A model generated the notes under the pieces. That model saw nothing but the letters and a program-made list of their open reading frames with translations. It ran no database searches and was not told the origin of the DNA. A program made the translations under genes and the position numbers. From an uncultured Actinomycetota bacterium (GTDB taxonomy: Bacteria > Actinomycetota > Actinomycetes > JAHEKZ01), in the NCBI GenBank assembly GCA_963743915.1, contig CAVURN010000005.1, forward strand, positions 207,131-271,130: 64,000 nucleotides of DNA, read 5' to 3'. Position 1 is the first letter of the stretch; the number at the start of each line of letters is the position of its first letter. This document shows positions 10,124 to 19,175 of the stretch, one piece after another.

Positions 10124-11250
10124 GTCTGACGACGAGCCGCGCGACCGGACGCCGACGCCTGGCCGTCGCGGCGGGGGTGCTGGTGGGGCTGGGGCTGATG
10201 ACCGCACTGCTGACCCCCGCGACCAGCAGGACCTACCTCGATCCCGATGCCGCGACTCCAGGGGGGACGCGAGCACTCGCCGAGCTGCTGCGCGCGCAGG
10301 GCGCCACGGTGGAGCGGACCACCGATGCAGCGCGCGCTCTGCGATCGCCCCCCGGCACCACCGTGGTGGTGGCGTACCCGGAGATCCTCAGCCCCACCGT
10401 GCTCCGTGAACTGGAGACTGCTCAGGCGGACGTCGTCCTGCTCGGCGTCCCCGCACAGTCACCCGCATACCTCGGCGTGACCCCGATCGACACCGCCGAT
10501 GTCGACGAACGCCTCCCGGACTGTGCCCTGCCTGCGGCAACCGCGGCGGGTACCGCGCTCACCGGCGGTGTCGTCTACGCGGTCGGTCCCCATCCGGAAC
10601 GCGACGACCTGTCCCCAGGCGCCTCGTGCTACCCGGCCGGCGACGGTGGCACCGTCGTCCAGGTGACCACGGCGGCCGGTCAGCGGCACACCGTCCTCGG
10701 CTCCGCCGAGTTCATGACCAACGACCGGCTGGCCGACGACGGCAACGCGGCCCTCGCACTGAACCTGGTCGGTACGCAGTCGGCCGTCGTGTGGTGGTTG
10801 CCCACCCCGGAGTTCACCGGGACGCAGCCGCTCACGTCGTTGCTGCCGGAGGCTGTGTGGCCCCTGTTGGCCGCGATTGTCGTCGTGGCCGTCGCGCTCG
10901 CCGCCTGGAGAGGTCGTCGGCTCGGTCCGGTGGTGGTCGAACCGCTTCCCGTCGCGGTGCGGGCCTCCGAGACCACCGAGGGACGGGCGCAGATCTACCA
11001 GCGATACCGCACGCGCGACCAGGCGGCGCAGCATCTCCGGCGACGGACCCAGACCCTGCTGGTCCGGCGACTCGGACTCCCCAGGGCGTCCGGAGCCGAC
11101 GTCGTCGTCGCTGCGACCTCCCGCGTCGCGGGGCGTCGCGAGGACGAGGTGCAGCGGCTTCTGTACGGTGCTGCGCCACACGACGACGCCAGCCTCGTGT
11201 CGCTGGCCCAGCAGCTGTCCACCCTCGAGCAGGAAGCAGGTCAGCGGTGA
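10120..11250 (+). CDS. DUF4350-like membrane-anchored protein
   Basis: ATG 10120 (ATGA overlap). N-terminal TM/signal anchor, a second TM near the C-terminal third, and a conserved position before MoxR. Confidence 0.5.
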   Translation: MSLTTSRATGRRRLAVAAGVLVGLGLMTALLTPATSRTYLDPDAATPGGTRALAELLRAQGATVERTTDAARALRSPPGTTVVVAYPEILSPTVLRELETAQADVVLLGVPAQSPAYLGVTPIDTADVDERLPDCALPAATAAGTALTGGVVYAVGPHPERDDLSPGASCYPAGDGGTVVQVTTAAGQRHTVLGSAEFMTNDRLADDGNAALALNLVGTQSAVVWWLPTPEFTGTQPLTSLLPEAVWPLLAAIVVVAVALAAWRGRRLGPVVVEPLPVAVRASETTEGRAQIYQRYRTRDQAAQHLRRRTQTLLVRRLGLPRASGADVVVAATSRVAGRREDEVQRLLYGAAPHDDASLVSLAQQLSTLEQEAGQR

Positions 11251-12242
11251 CCGACGGATCCCAGCAGTCCGCACAGCAGCCGGCCCAGCAGGGCGACGAC
11301 CCGCGTTCCGCCCTGCTCGCCGTACGCGCAGAGGTGGCCAAGGCGGTCGTCGGGCAGGACGCCGTGGTCAGTGGGGTGCTGATCGCCCTGCTCTGCCGCG
11401 GGCACGTGCTGCTCGAGGGGGTGCCGGGGACCGCCAAGACCCTGCTCGTGCGAACCCTCGCGCAGACCCTCGCCGTCGACAGCAAGAGGGTGCAGTTCAC
11501 CCCCGACCTGATGCCGGGAGACGTCACCGGCTCCCTCGTCTACGACGCCCGGACCGCCGAGTTCGCCTTCCGGCCGGGGCCCGTCTTCACCAACCTCCTC
11601 CTGGCTGACGAGATCAACCGCACGCCCCCCAAGACGCAGGCCGCGCTGCTCGAGGCGATGGAGGAGCGTCAGGTGAGCGTCGACGGGGTCCCGCGCCCTC
11701 TGCCTGAGCCCTTCCTGGTGGCGGCCACGCAGAACCCGGTGGAGTACGAAGGCACCTACCCGCTGCCAGAGGCGCAGCTCGACCGCTTCCTGCTGAAGCT
11801 GACGATGCCCATACCGGCGCGCGACGACGAGATCGACATCGTCACGCGGCACGCCGCCGGCTTCGACCCGCGAGATCTGGTGGCCGCCGGTATCAGGGCG
11901 GTGGCCGACGTCGCTGCGCTCGACGAGGCCCGGCGGTCGGTCGCCACCGTGACCATCTCCTCCGACGTGGCGGGCTACGTGGTCGACCTGGCCCGGGCCA
12001 CGCGGGCCGCCAGCGGGGTGGAGCTCGGCGTCTCGCCGCGCGGGAGCACCGCGCTGCTCGCCGCCGCCCGGGCGTGGGCGTGGCTGAGCGCCCGCGACTT
12101 CGTCACCCCCGACGACGTCAAGACCGTGGCCAAACCCGCCTGGCGGCACCGCCTCCAGCTGCGGGCGGAAGCGCAGCTCGAGGGAAGCACGGCCGATGGC
12201 GTGCTGGACGCCGTGCTGAGCGCGGTCCCGGTGCCGCGCTGA
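11247..12242 (+). CDS. MoxR-family AAA+ ATPase
   Basis: GTG 11247 (GTGA overlap). Walker A GVPGTAKT, Walker B LLADEINR, and the MoxR pattern VAATQNPVEYEGTYPLPEAQLDRF. Confidence 0.85.
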   Translation: MTDGSQQSAQQPAQQGDDPRSALLAVRAEVAKAVVGQDAVVSGVLIALLCRGHVLLEGVPGTAKTLLVRTLAQTLAVDSKRVQFTPDLMPGDVTGSLVYDARTAEFAFRPGPVFTNLLLADEINRTPPKTQAALLEAMEERQVSVDGVPRPLPEPFLVAATQNPVEYEGTYPLPEAQLDRFLLKLTMPIPARDDEIDIVTRHAAGFDPRDLVAAGIRAVADVAALDEARRSVATVTISSDVAGYVVDLARATRAASGVELGVSPRGSTALLAAARAWAWLSARDFVTPDDVKTVAKPAWRHRLQLRAEAQLEGSTADGVLDAVLSAVPVPR

Positions 12243-12243
12243 C

Positions 12244-13548
12244 GTGCGCATGGACCTGGTCGTCACAGGACGCGCCACGCTGGGTGCCGCCGCCCTGGCT
12301 GTCGCCGTCCTGGTGGTGCCCGGGTGGAGCACGTTCTGGCTCGGTCTTGCGCTGCTGCTCCTCCTGGTGGCCGTCGATGCGCTGCGCGCGCCGAACCCTC
12401 GACAGCTGGGCCTGAGCCGAGAGGGGGACACGCAGGTACGGATCGGCGAGTCCGCCACGACGCGGCTCCGCATCACTCACACCGGCACCCGGTCCGCCCG
12501 CGGCTGGCTGCGGGACGCCTGGCCACCCTCCGCAGGGGCGTGGCCGGCGGCGGTCCCGCTCGACGTCCCGGCGGGAGAGCGGCGGACCGTCACCACCGAG
12601 CTCCGCCCCACGCGCCGCGGCGCCCGCATGCCCGACCGGGTCACGGTGCGCACCCTGGGTCCCTGGGGACTCGCCGGACGCCAGCAGAGCACCGCCGTGC
12701 CGTGGCGGGTCGACGTGCTGCCACCCTTCCTGTCCCGCAAGCACCTGGCGAGCAAGCTGGCCCGGCTCCGGGATCTCGACGGACGCGCCGTCGTGCTCCA
12801 CCGCGGCGAGGGGACGGAGTTCGACTCGCTGCGCGAGTACGTGATCGGCGACGACGTGCGGTCCATCGACTGGCGGGCCACAGCGCGCTCGTCCGACGTC
12901 ATGGTGCGGACGTGGCGGCCCGAACGCGACCGCCACGTGATGATCGTGCTCGACTGCGGCCGCACGTCAGCGGGTCGGGTCGGGGACGCTCCTCGGCTCG
13001 ACGCGGCGATCGAGGCGACCTTGCTGCTGACGGCCCTCGCCAGCAGGGCCGGCGACCGGGTCGACGTCCTGGCCTGGGACCGGCGGGTGCGTGGCTCGGT
13101 GCAGGGACAGACCGGCGCCGGTCTGCTCCGTGCGGTCACCTCCATGACCGCTCACGTCGAACCCAGCCTGGTGGAGACCGACTGGACCGGGCTCGTCCCC
13201 GAGATCGCGCGGCGCTCTCGCCACAGGTCGCTCGTGGTTCTCCTTTCCTCGCTCGACCCGTCACCGCTGCTGCACGGGCTCGCGCCCGTCAGTCCGCTTC
13301 TGGTCCGGCGGCATCAGGTGGTGCTGGCGGGAGTCAGCGACCCGGCCATGGCGATGATGCTCCAGCGACCAGCCGACCTGCACGACACCTACCGCGCCGC
13401 AGCAGCCGCCGGCTTCGCCGAGGAGAGACGTACGGCGTCCGACCACATGCAGCGGATCGGGCTGGACGTGGTGGACGCGCAGCCGGACGATCTCGCACCC
13501 GCGCTGGCCGACCACTACCTGGCGCTGAAGGCAGCCGGGCGCCTGTGA
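12244..13548 (+). CDS. DUF58 domain protein (vWA-like partner of MoxR)
   Basis: GEGTEFDSLREYVIGDDVRSIDWRATAR is the DUF58 signature. It starts 2 nt after the MoxR stop. Confidence 0.75.
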   Translation: MRMDLVVTGRATLGAAALAVAVLVVPGWSTFWLGLALLLLLVAVDALRAPNPRQLGLSREGDTQVRIGESATTRLRITHTGTRSARGWLRDAWPPSAGAWPAAVPLDVPAGERRTVTTELRPTRRGARMPDRVTVRTLGPWGLAGRQQSTAVPWRVDVLPPFLSRKHLASKLARLRDLDGRAVVLHRGEGTEFDSLREYVIGDDVRSIDWRATARSSDVMVRTWRPERDRHVMIVLDCGRTSAGRVGDAPRLDAAIEATLLLTALASRAGDRVDVLAWDRRVRGSVQGQTGAGLLRAVTSMTAHVEPSLVETDWTGLVPEIARRSRHRSLVVLLSSLDPSPLLHGLAPVSPLLVRRHQVVLAGVSDPAMAMMLQRPADLHDTYRAAAAAGFAEERRTASDHMQRIGLDVVDAQPDDLAPALADHYLALKAAGRL

Positions 13549-13552
13549 CCGG

Positions 13553-15397
13553 CTACGAGCTGTTGCCGCCACCTCCGGACCCGCCCTGGGCCTGCTGACC
13601 GGAGTCGGCGGGCTTGTCGCTGGGCTTGTCGCTGGGCTTGTCGCTGGGCTTGTCAGAAGGCTTGTCAGAAGGCTTGTCGCTGGGCTTGTCGCTGGGCTTG
13701 GGATCCGGCTTCGCCGAGCAGATGACCGTCGGTGCCGCGCTGTACGAGGTGGACAGCGGCTCCCGGCGCTCGACCTTCCCGTCACGCGACCAGACGCGGG
13801 TGACCACGATGTCGAAGCCGTCGACTCCGTACTGCGCGACGCAGCCTTCGGCCGGGTCGTAGACGGTGCCCGCAGGGCGGATGTTCGTCCGCGGTCCGAA
13901 CTCCGCCTTGATGTCCCAGTACTTGGTGCTCCACATGGTCGTGGTGACGGAGGTGTCCGTGACCGACGCGGTGATCAACACCCCGTAGGGGGTGTCGTTG
14001 CGGAACTTCAGGTCGAGGTTGCCCCACGAGACCGTCGCCTCGAGGCCGGGAAGGTAGCGGGAGATCCAGAAGCCGTGGGCACGCTGCTCGACCCGTGTCA
14101 TGCCGGCGTAGAACGCGGTGTGCCACATCGCCGTGGTGATGGTCGAGACAGCGCCGCCGTAGTCCTCCACGAGCCGGTTGCCCACGATGATGTAGCCCTT
14201 GACGAACCCGTTCTCCGGCGTCCTCTCACCGACGACCCCGTTCAGGCTGAAGGTCTCGCCGGGCTCGAGGACCGTCCCGGTGATCTTCTCGGCTGCGACG
14301 CCGATGTTCGTGACCCGGTACGCGGCGTAGGGGAACTCCTGGGTGAACGTCGAGATGACCTCGCTCACCCCCAGGTCCTTCGCCTCGCGCGTGGTCAGGT
14401 CCGGGACGACCTTGCCCATCTCGAGCTCTGCCCGACGGTCGTCCGCCGCCAAGGCGGCGACCAGCCCGTCGGCGAGCTGCTGGTCGTCGACACCGAAGCC
14501 GGTCTTGCCGGGAACGACCTTGGGCGTCCCTGAGGACACGTCGAACGAGGCATCCACTGCTGGGGTGCCGACCTCGGCAAGGGGCTCACCCAGCAGCTCT
14601 CGGAGAGCCGCACCGTCGACCGTGGGCTCCATGCCGTCCTCCGTGGCCCGGAAGGACAGGACGGCCGCGATCTGTTCCGGCTCCACCGTGAGCGTGGCGC
14701 CGTCGACCTGGAGCGTCACCGGCGCTGACACGGCCTCGACGGCGGCCGTCGCGGCGGTCTCGTCGAGCTCGGACTCGGAGACCAGCGGCTCCACCGTCTC
14801 CACCGCGATGGCGACCGGTTCCTCGCCGACCAGGTAGGAGTCGGCGATCGCAGTGGCGGCGGCGGCCCGGTCGAGGGCGACACCGGCCCGCGGAGCGACC
14901 GTGACCACCTCGCTGCCGTCGTATCCGATGCGTGGTTGTCGGACGGGCTGGTCGACCCGCCGAGCCAGGGCGCGGACGCCACGGGTGAGCTGGCGCGCGT
15001 CCACGTCGATCGCGGGATCGACCTCCTGCCCGAACACCTGGCCCACCAGGCGCAGGGAAAGCGCCTCACGACGAGGCACGGCGTCCACGCTTGCCTCGGG
15101 GTCGAACTGCAGGCCGAAGCGGGACGCCGGGAGGCTCCGGACCCGACCGTCGACGTCCACCGAGACCGACGCGGCGCGCTCGGCAAGCTGATCGTCCAGC
15201 CGTTGCACGGCGGCCACGTCGTCCAGCCCCCCGATGTCGACGCCGGCGACCGTGGTGCCGCGCGGGATCTCGCTCCCGACCCACAGCAGCGCCGTGGCGT
15301 AGGAGAGCAGGAGCGCCGAGACGACGGCGAGCACGACGAAAGTCGTCGCACGGCGCCGTCGCGCAGACCCCTGCCGCGAGGGAACGGACTCACTCAT
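13553..15397 (-). CDS. VanW family protein with N-terminal membrane anchor and C-terminal KPSD repeat tail
   Basis: 614-aa ORF with one N-terminal TM and a VanW-like core (FSLNGVVGERTPENGFVKGYII...WGNLDLKFRNDTPYGVLI). Its ATG overlaps the upstream flavin reductase stop (ATGA). Confidence 0.7.
   Translation of the reverse strand: MSESVPSRQGSARRRRATTFVVLAVVSALLLSYATALLWVGSEIPRGTTVAGVDIGGLDDVAAVQRLDDQLAERAASVSVDVDGRVRSLPASRFGLQFDPEASVDAVPRREALSLRLVGQVFGQEVDPAIDVDARQLTRGVRALARRVDQPVRQPRIGYDGSEVVTVAPRAGVALDRAAAATAIADSYLVGEEPVAIAVETVEPLVSESELDETAATAAVEAVSAPVTLQVDGATLTVEPEQIAAVLSFRATEDGMEPTVDGAALRELLGEPLAEVGTPAVDASFDVSSGTPKVVPGKTGFGVDDQQLADGLVAALAADDRRAELEMGKVVPDLTTREAKDLGVSEVISTFTQEFPYAAYRVTNIGVAAEKITGTVLEPGETFSLNGVVGERTPENGFVKGYIIVGNRLVEDYGGAVSTITTAMWHTAFYAGMTRVEQRAHGFWISRYLPGLEATVSWGNLDLKFRNDTPYGVLITASVTDTSVTTTMWSTKYWDIKAEFGPRTNIRPAGTVYDPAEGCVAQYGVDGFDIVVTRVWSRDGKVERREPLSTSYSAAPTVICSAKPDPKPSDKPSDKPSDKPSDKPSDKPSDKPSDKPADSGQQAQGGSGGGGNSS
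13610..13700 (-). repeat. In-frame 12-nt tandem repeat (7 full units plus a partial one) encoding (KPSD)n
   Basis: gggcttgtcgct / aggcttgtcaga units read directly in the sequence. They translate as KPSDKPSDKPSD... at the VanW C-terminus. Confidence 0.9.
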
Positions 15398-15897
15398 GCC
15401 TCGGCCTTGACCCCCACCGAGCAGTAGCGACGTCGGTAGTAGAGCAGCGGCTCAGGGTCGACCTTCTCCGGGATCTCCACGTTGGTCACCTGGCCGATGA
15501 CCACGTCATGGTCACCGGCGCGGTGGATGTCCGTGGTCCGGCACTCCAACGCGGCGAGCGAACCGTCGAACCAGGCCACCCCACCGGGCGAGCGGTGGTG
15601 CGCGGTGCGGTCGAGCTGGCCGAGCAAGGGACGACCCTTGGTCGCGAACCACCGCGACGTGGCTTCGGCGTCCGCGGGGAGTAGTGAGACGCCCCACAGG
15701 TCGGTGTCGGTGATCGCCGTGCCGAACCGTGACTCCCGTTCGACGCAGACGAGGACGAGCAGCGGGTCGAGCGACACAGAGGCGAACGCGTTCGCCGTCA
15801 TCGCGTGGTCGGTGTCGTCGACGACGCACGTCACGACTGTGATCCCCGTGGCGAAACGACTGACCGCCTCGCGAAAGGCGTCTGGAGTCGGGGTCAC
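15394..15897 (-). CDS. Flavin reductase family protein (FMN-binding split barrel)
   Basis: 167-aa ORF. FREAVSRFATGITVVT ... MTANAFASVSLDPLLVLVCV is typical of the flavin reductase-like domain. Confidence 0.75.
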   Translation of the reverse strand: MTPTPDAFREAVSRFATGITVVTCVVDDTDHAMTANAFASVSLDPLLVLVCVERESRFGTAITDTDLWGVSLLPADAEATSRWFATKGRPLLGQLDRTAHHRSPGGVAWFDGSLAALECRTTDIHRAGDHDVVIGQVTNVEIPEKVDPEPLLYYRRRYCSVGVKAEA

Positions 15898-15923
15898 CCA
15901 AAGACCCTAACCCGAGGTGCGGA

Positions 15924-16883
15924 CTACAGCGCCTGGACTCCCGCGTAGCGGGCGTTGGCGATCACGATGCCGGCCGGGGAGCTGACCAGCCGCAGCGTGT
16001 TGAGCGACGTCTCGCCGAAGGCGTTCGCCCGAGCGCTGGAGAGCGCGAGGACGCCCACCATGCGACCGCCGGCCTTCAGCGGCATCGACAGGAAGGTGGC
16101 CATCTCCCCTTCGTCCTCGGCGCCGAGGTTGCCCTCAGGGTCGGCAACCCGTGCCTGAAGGTCCCCGACGGCCACGTCCGCGCCGGTCGTGTCGGACGCC
16201 GCGTCCGCAAGTCCCTCGAAGAACTCCGCGTACTGCTGCTGCGACGTCTCGCGGGCCACCCGGATGTATGTGGAGTGGTCGTCGAGCATCAGCACCGAGG
16301 CGAGGTCGTAGTCGACCACGCGACTGAGCACGTCGAGGACCTCTGCGATCGTCTCCTCGAACCCGTGGACACCCGAGGCGATCTGTGTCACCTCAGCAGC
16401 GATCGACGACTCGAACAGCTTGCGGTCGAGCAGGTCGCTCACGCTGCCGAACACGTCGTCGTCCTGCATCTCGACGGGATCGGGTCGAAGGGGCGGACGC
16501 CCCCCGCGGCCGGCGTCAGCGGTGGCAAGCACCTCGTGGACGGCCTCCACCAGCTGGGGAGCCTCGAAGTCCTTGGTGAGGAAGCGATCGGCGCCGGCCT
16601 GCGCGCCCCAGTAACGGTCGCTGGCAGCGTCGAGCGAGGTCAGCAGCAGGATCGGGATGTCCGCTGTGCGCCAGTCGTCCTTGAGCAACCGGGCGGCCAC
16701 GTAGCCGGAGACGCGGGGCATCTGGACGTCCAGCACCACCGCGTCCGGCATGTGGCGGAACACGAGCTGAACCGCCTGAACCCCGTCCTCGCCCTGGACG
16801 ACCGTGAACCCCTCGCGCTCCAGCACCGTTGACACGATGCGACGCAGCGTGGGGCTGTCGTCCGCAATGACCACCGTCGGCAT
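15924..16883 (-). CDS. Response regulator with CheY-like receiver plus GAF-like domain and no recognisable output domain
   Basis: Receiver domain (VVIADDSPTLRRIV...LDVQMPRVSGY...LLLTS...FLTKDF). The C-terminal ~170 aa has a GAF-like pattern (DYDLASVLMLDD...GRMVGVLALSS). Confidence 0.7.
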   Translation of the reverse strand: MPTVVIADDSPTLRRIVSTVLEREGFTVVQGEDGVQAVQLVFRHMPDAVVLDVQMPRVSGYVAARLLKDDWRTADIPILLLTSLDAASDRYWGAQAGADRFLTKDFEAPQLVEAVHEVLATADAGRGGRPPLRPDPVEMQDDDVFGSVSDLLDRKLFESSIAAEVTQIASGVHGFEETIAEVLDVLSRVVDYDLASVLMLDDHSTYIRVARETSQQQYAEFFEGLADAASDTTGADVAVGDLQARVADPEGNLGAEDEGEMATFLSMPLKAGGRMVGVLALSSARANAFGETSLNTLRLVSSPAGIVIANARYAGVQAL

Positions 16884-16964
16884 CAGGCGTCCTCTCTCTT
16901 CACTCCCCGAGGACTTCGGCGGAAATCGCTCGTGACTTAACGGCCGGTCGCCGTCGGGAAGGCC

Positions 16965-19175
16965 TCAGCGGCCCACCAGTCGACGGACGGTGTCCACCAG
17001 CTGGTTCTGGTCGAACTCGCTCTTGAGCAGGTAGGCGTTCGCGCCGGCGTCCAGACCGGCCCGCTTGTCCGCCTCGTCCCCCCGGGAGGTCATGATCACC
17101 ACGGGTACGGACTCCCATCCGCGCGTCCGACGGATCGTCCGGGTCAGGGTGAAGCCGTCCATGCCGGGCATCTCGACGTCGGAGAGCACGAGGTCGACGG
17201 GATCCCCACCCAGGCGGGCGGCGCCGTCGGCTCCGTCCACTGCCGTCACGACGTCGTAGCCGGCACCTTCGAGGATCACCCGCTGGAGCTCACGCACGCC
17301 GATCGAGTCCTCGACCACCAGCACCCTTGCGCGTCCACCGCCTCGAGAGCCGGCGGCGGCCGGCGACGCCGGGGCATCGGTTGCACTCTCGACCGGACGC
17401 GCCACCGGGGCATCGAGCGCCACGCCGCGCGCGTACTGCTCGATGGCCAGCTCGCGGACGTCGAGCAGCAGCATGACACTGCCGTCGCTGTCGATGGTGC
17501 CCCCGCCGATGAAGGGAGGGCGTCCCAGGAAGCCGCCGAGGTCCTTGACCACGACCTCGAGCTCACCCTCCAGGGCGTCGACGGCCCAGGCCAGCTGCTC
17601 GGAGGCGTTGCCGTAGCGGACGACGACGCCCACCTTCGTCTCCCGCTCGCTGTGCGCGCCGAGGGCCCGGCCCAGGTCGGCCAACGGGATCGTCGATCCG
17701 TGCCGCACGAGGACCGGCGCGCCCGCGACGGTCGATGTCTCGACGTCGCCCAGGCTGATCGTCTCCACGACGTTCGTCACGGGGACGGCGTAGCGCTCCT
17801 CGCCGAGCCGTGCCACCAGGCACCGCATGACGCCAAGCGTCACCGGGAGGGTCATCACGAAGGTGGTGCCGACGCCGAACTCGCTCTCGATCTCCACCGT
17901 TCCGCCGAGGTCCTCGACCGCCGTGCGGACCACGTCGAGTCCCACGCCCCGTCCGGAGGTGGACGTGACCTCGTCGCGGGTGCTGAAGCCGGGCTGGAAG
18001 AGCACCGAGAAGAGCTGCTGTCCCGTCACCTGGCTGTCCGCGGGAAGCAGCCCACGGTCGATCGCGGAGATCCGGAGCGCCTCCTGGTCGATGCCGTGGC
18101 CGTCGTCGGCCACCTCGATCACGATCGTCGAGCCGGCAGCTCGGGCCGAGACGGTGACGGTGGCCTGAGGCGGCTTGCCGGCAGCAGCGCGCACGTCGGG
18201 TGCGTCGCAGCCGTGGTCGACCGCATTCGTCACCAGGTGACGAAGGGCGTCCGCCACGCCGTCGAGCACGCGGGTGTCGAGCTCGACGTCCTCACCGACC
18301 AGCCGAAGCCGCACGTCCTTGCCAGTCTCGGTCGCCACCTCACGCACCAGCTGCGGGAACGCGGCCACCACCCGACGGACCGGAACCATGGCCAGACCCA
18401 TGGCGCCGTCGCGCACCTGGGCGAGACGGTTCTGCGCGTCCTCCATCGAGCCGCGCATGTCGCGCACAGCTGCCTGGAACTGGTCCCCGAGAGCCACCAG
18501 GGCGTGGATGTTCTCCGACACCTCTGGCGGAAGGGTGACATCGGTGGCCGTGGCCTGACGCAGCAGTCGCACGACGCGGAGGTGCTCGGCCGACATCGCC
18601 GTCAGCTCCAGCACTCCACGTTCGACCCGTCGGGTCTCGAGCTCGGCCTCACCGACCACGTCCAGCAGGGCATGGACCCGGCGGACCGGGACCCGGACCG
18701 ACTCACCCATCTTCGGCCGGTTGTCGACGGTGTCCGTCTCGGTGTCGTCCTCGACGACCGCAGCCCGCGGCACCTCGACCGGGTTCTCCCCGTCGAGAGC
18801 GCTCCCCAACGCGGACACGAGAGCCGCCAGGTCATCGTCGGCGATCGGACGCTCGGAGCCCGGGAGGCCGCGGCGGATGCCTTCGGCAGCCGCGAGCAGC
18901 AGGTCGACCAGGTCGCGTCGAGGGTCGAACCGGCCGTCCCGCACCGCGCCGAGGAGGTCCTCGGAGAGGTGGGCGACCTCGACGACACCCTCGAGACCGA
19001 GCATGCGTGCCGAACCCTTGACGGTGTGGGCGTCGCGGAAGAGAGCCGCGACCAGCTGCCGCGGCTGCGGGTGGCCCTCGAGCTTGAGAAGCCCGTCGCA
19101 GAGCGAAGCCAGACGGTCCTCGACTTCCTGCCGGAACGTCGCCACCAGCTCCGGGTCGTTGGCCCAGCTGCTCAT
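16965..19175 (-). CDS. cheA: Hybrid chemosensory histidine kinase CheA (Hpt-dimerisation-HATPase-CheW-like-REC)
   Basis: Hpt [15 protein letters not shown]; ATPase boxes [30 protein letters not shown]; a CheW-like P5 domain; C-terminal receiver VLVVEDS...[11 protein letters not shown]...LLKS. ATG 19175 overlaps (ATGA) the stop that MCP1 would use without the extra base at 19230. As sequenced, cheA is part of one 1335-aa ORF 16965..20972. Confidence 0.85.
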   Translation of the reverse strand: MSSWANDPELVATFRQEVEDRLASLCDGLLKLEGHPQPRQLVAALFRDAHTVKGSARMLGLEGVVEVAHLSEDLLGAVRDGRFDPRRDLVDLLLAAAEGIRRGLPGSERPIADDDLAALVSALGSALDGENPVEVPRAAVVEDDTETDTVDNRPKMGESVRVPVRRVHALLDVVGEAELETRRVERGVLELTAMSAEHLRVVRLLRQATATDVTLPPEVSENIHALVALGDQFQAAVRDMRGSMEDAQNRLAQVRDGAMGLAMVPVRRVVAAFPQLVREVATETGKDVRLRLVGEDVELDTRVLDGVADALRHLVTNAVDHGCDAPDVRAAAGKPPQATVTVSARAAGSTIVIEVADDGHGIDQEALRISAIDRGLLPADSQVTGQQLFSVLFQPGFSTRDEVTSTSGRGVGLDVVRTAVEDLGGTVEIESEFGVGTTFVMTLPVTLGVMRCLVARLGEERYAVPVTNVVETISLGDVETSTVAGAPVLVRHGSTIPLADLGRALGAHSERETKVGVVVRYGNASEQLAWAVDALEGELEVVVKDLGGFLGRPPFIGGGTIDSDGSVMLLLDVRELAIEQYARGVALDAPVARPVESATDAPASPAAAGSRGGGRARVLVVEDSIGVRELQRVILEGAGYDVVTAVDGADGAARLGGDPVDLVLSDVEMPGMDGFTLTRTIRRTRGWESVPVVIMTSRGDEADKRAGLDAGANAYLLKSEFDQNQLVDTVRRLVGR

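Noticed and set aside
13610-13700. 12-nt tandem repeat considered as a non-coding minisatellite or CRISPR-like feature.
   Set aside because: It is in frame within the VanW ORF and encodes a KPSD low-complexity tail. There are no spacers.
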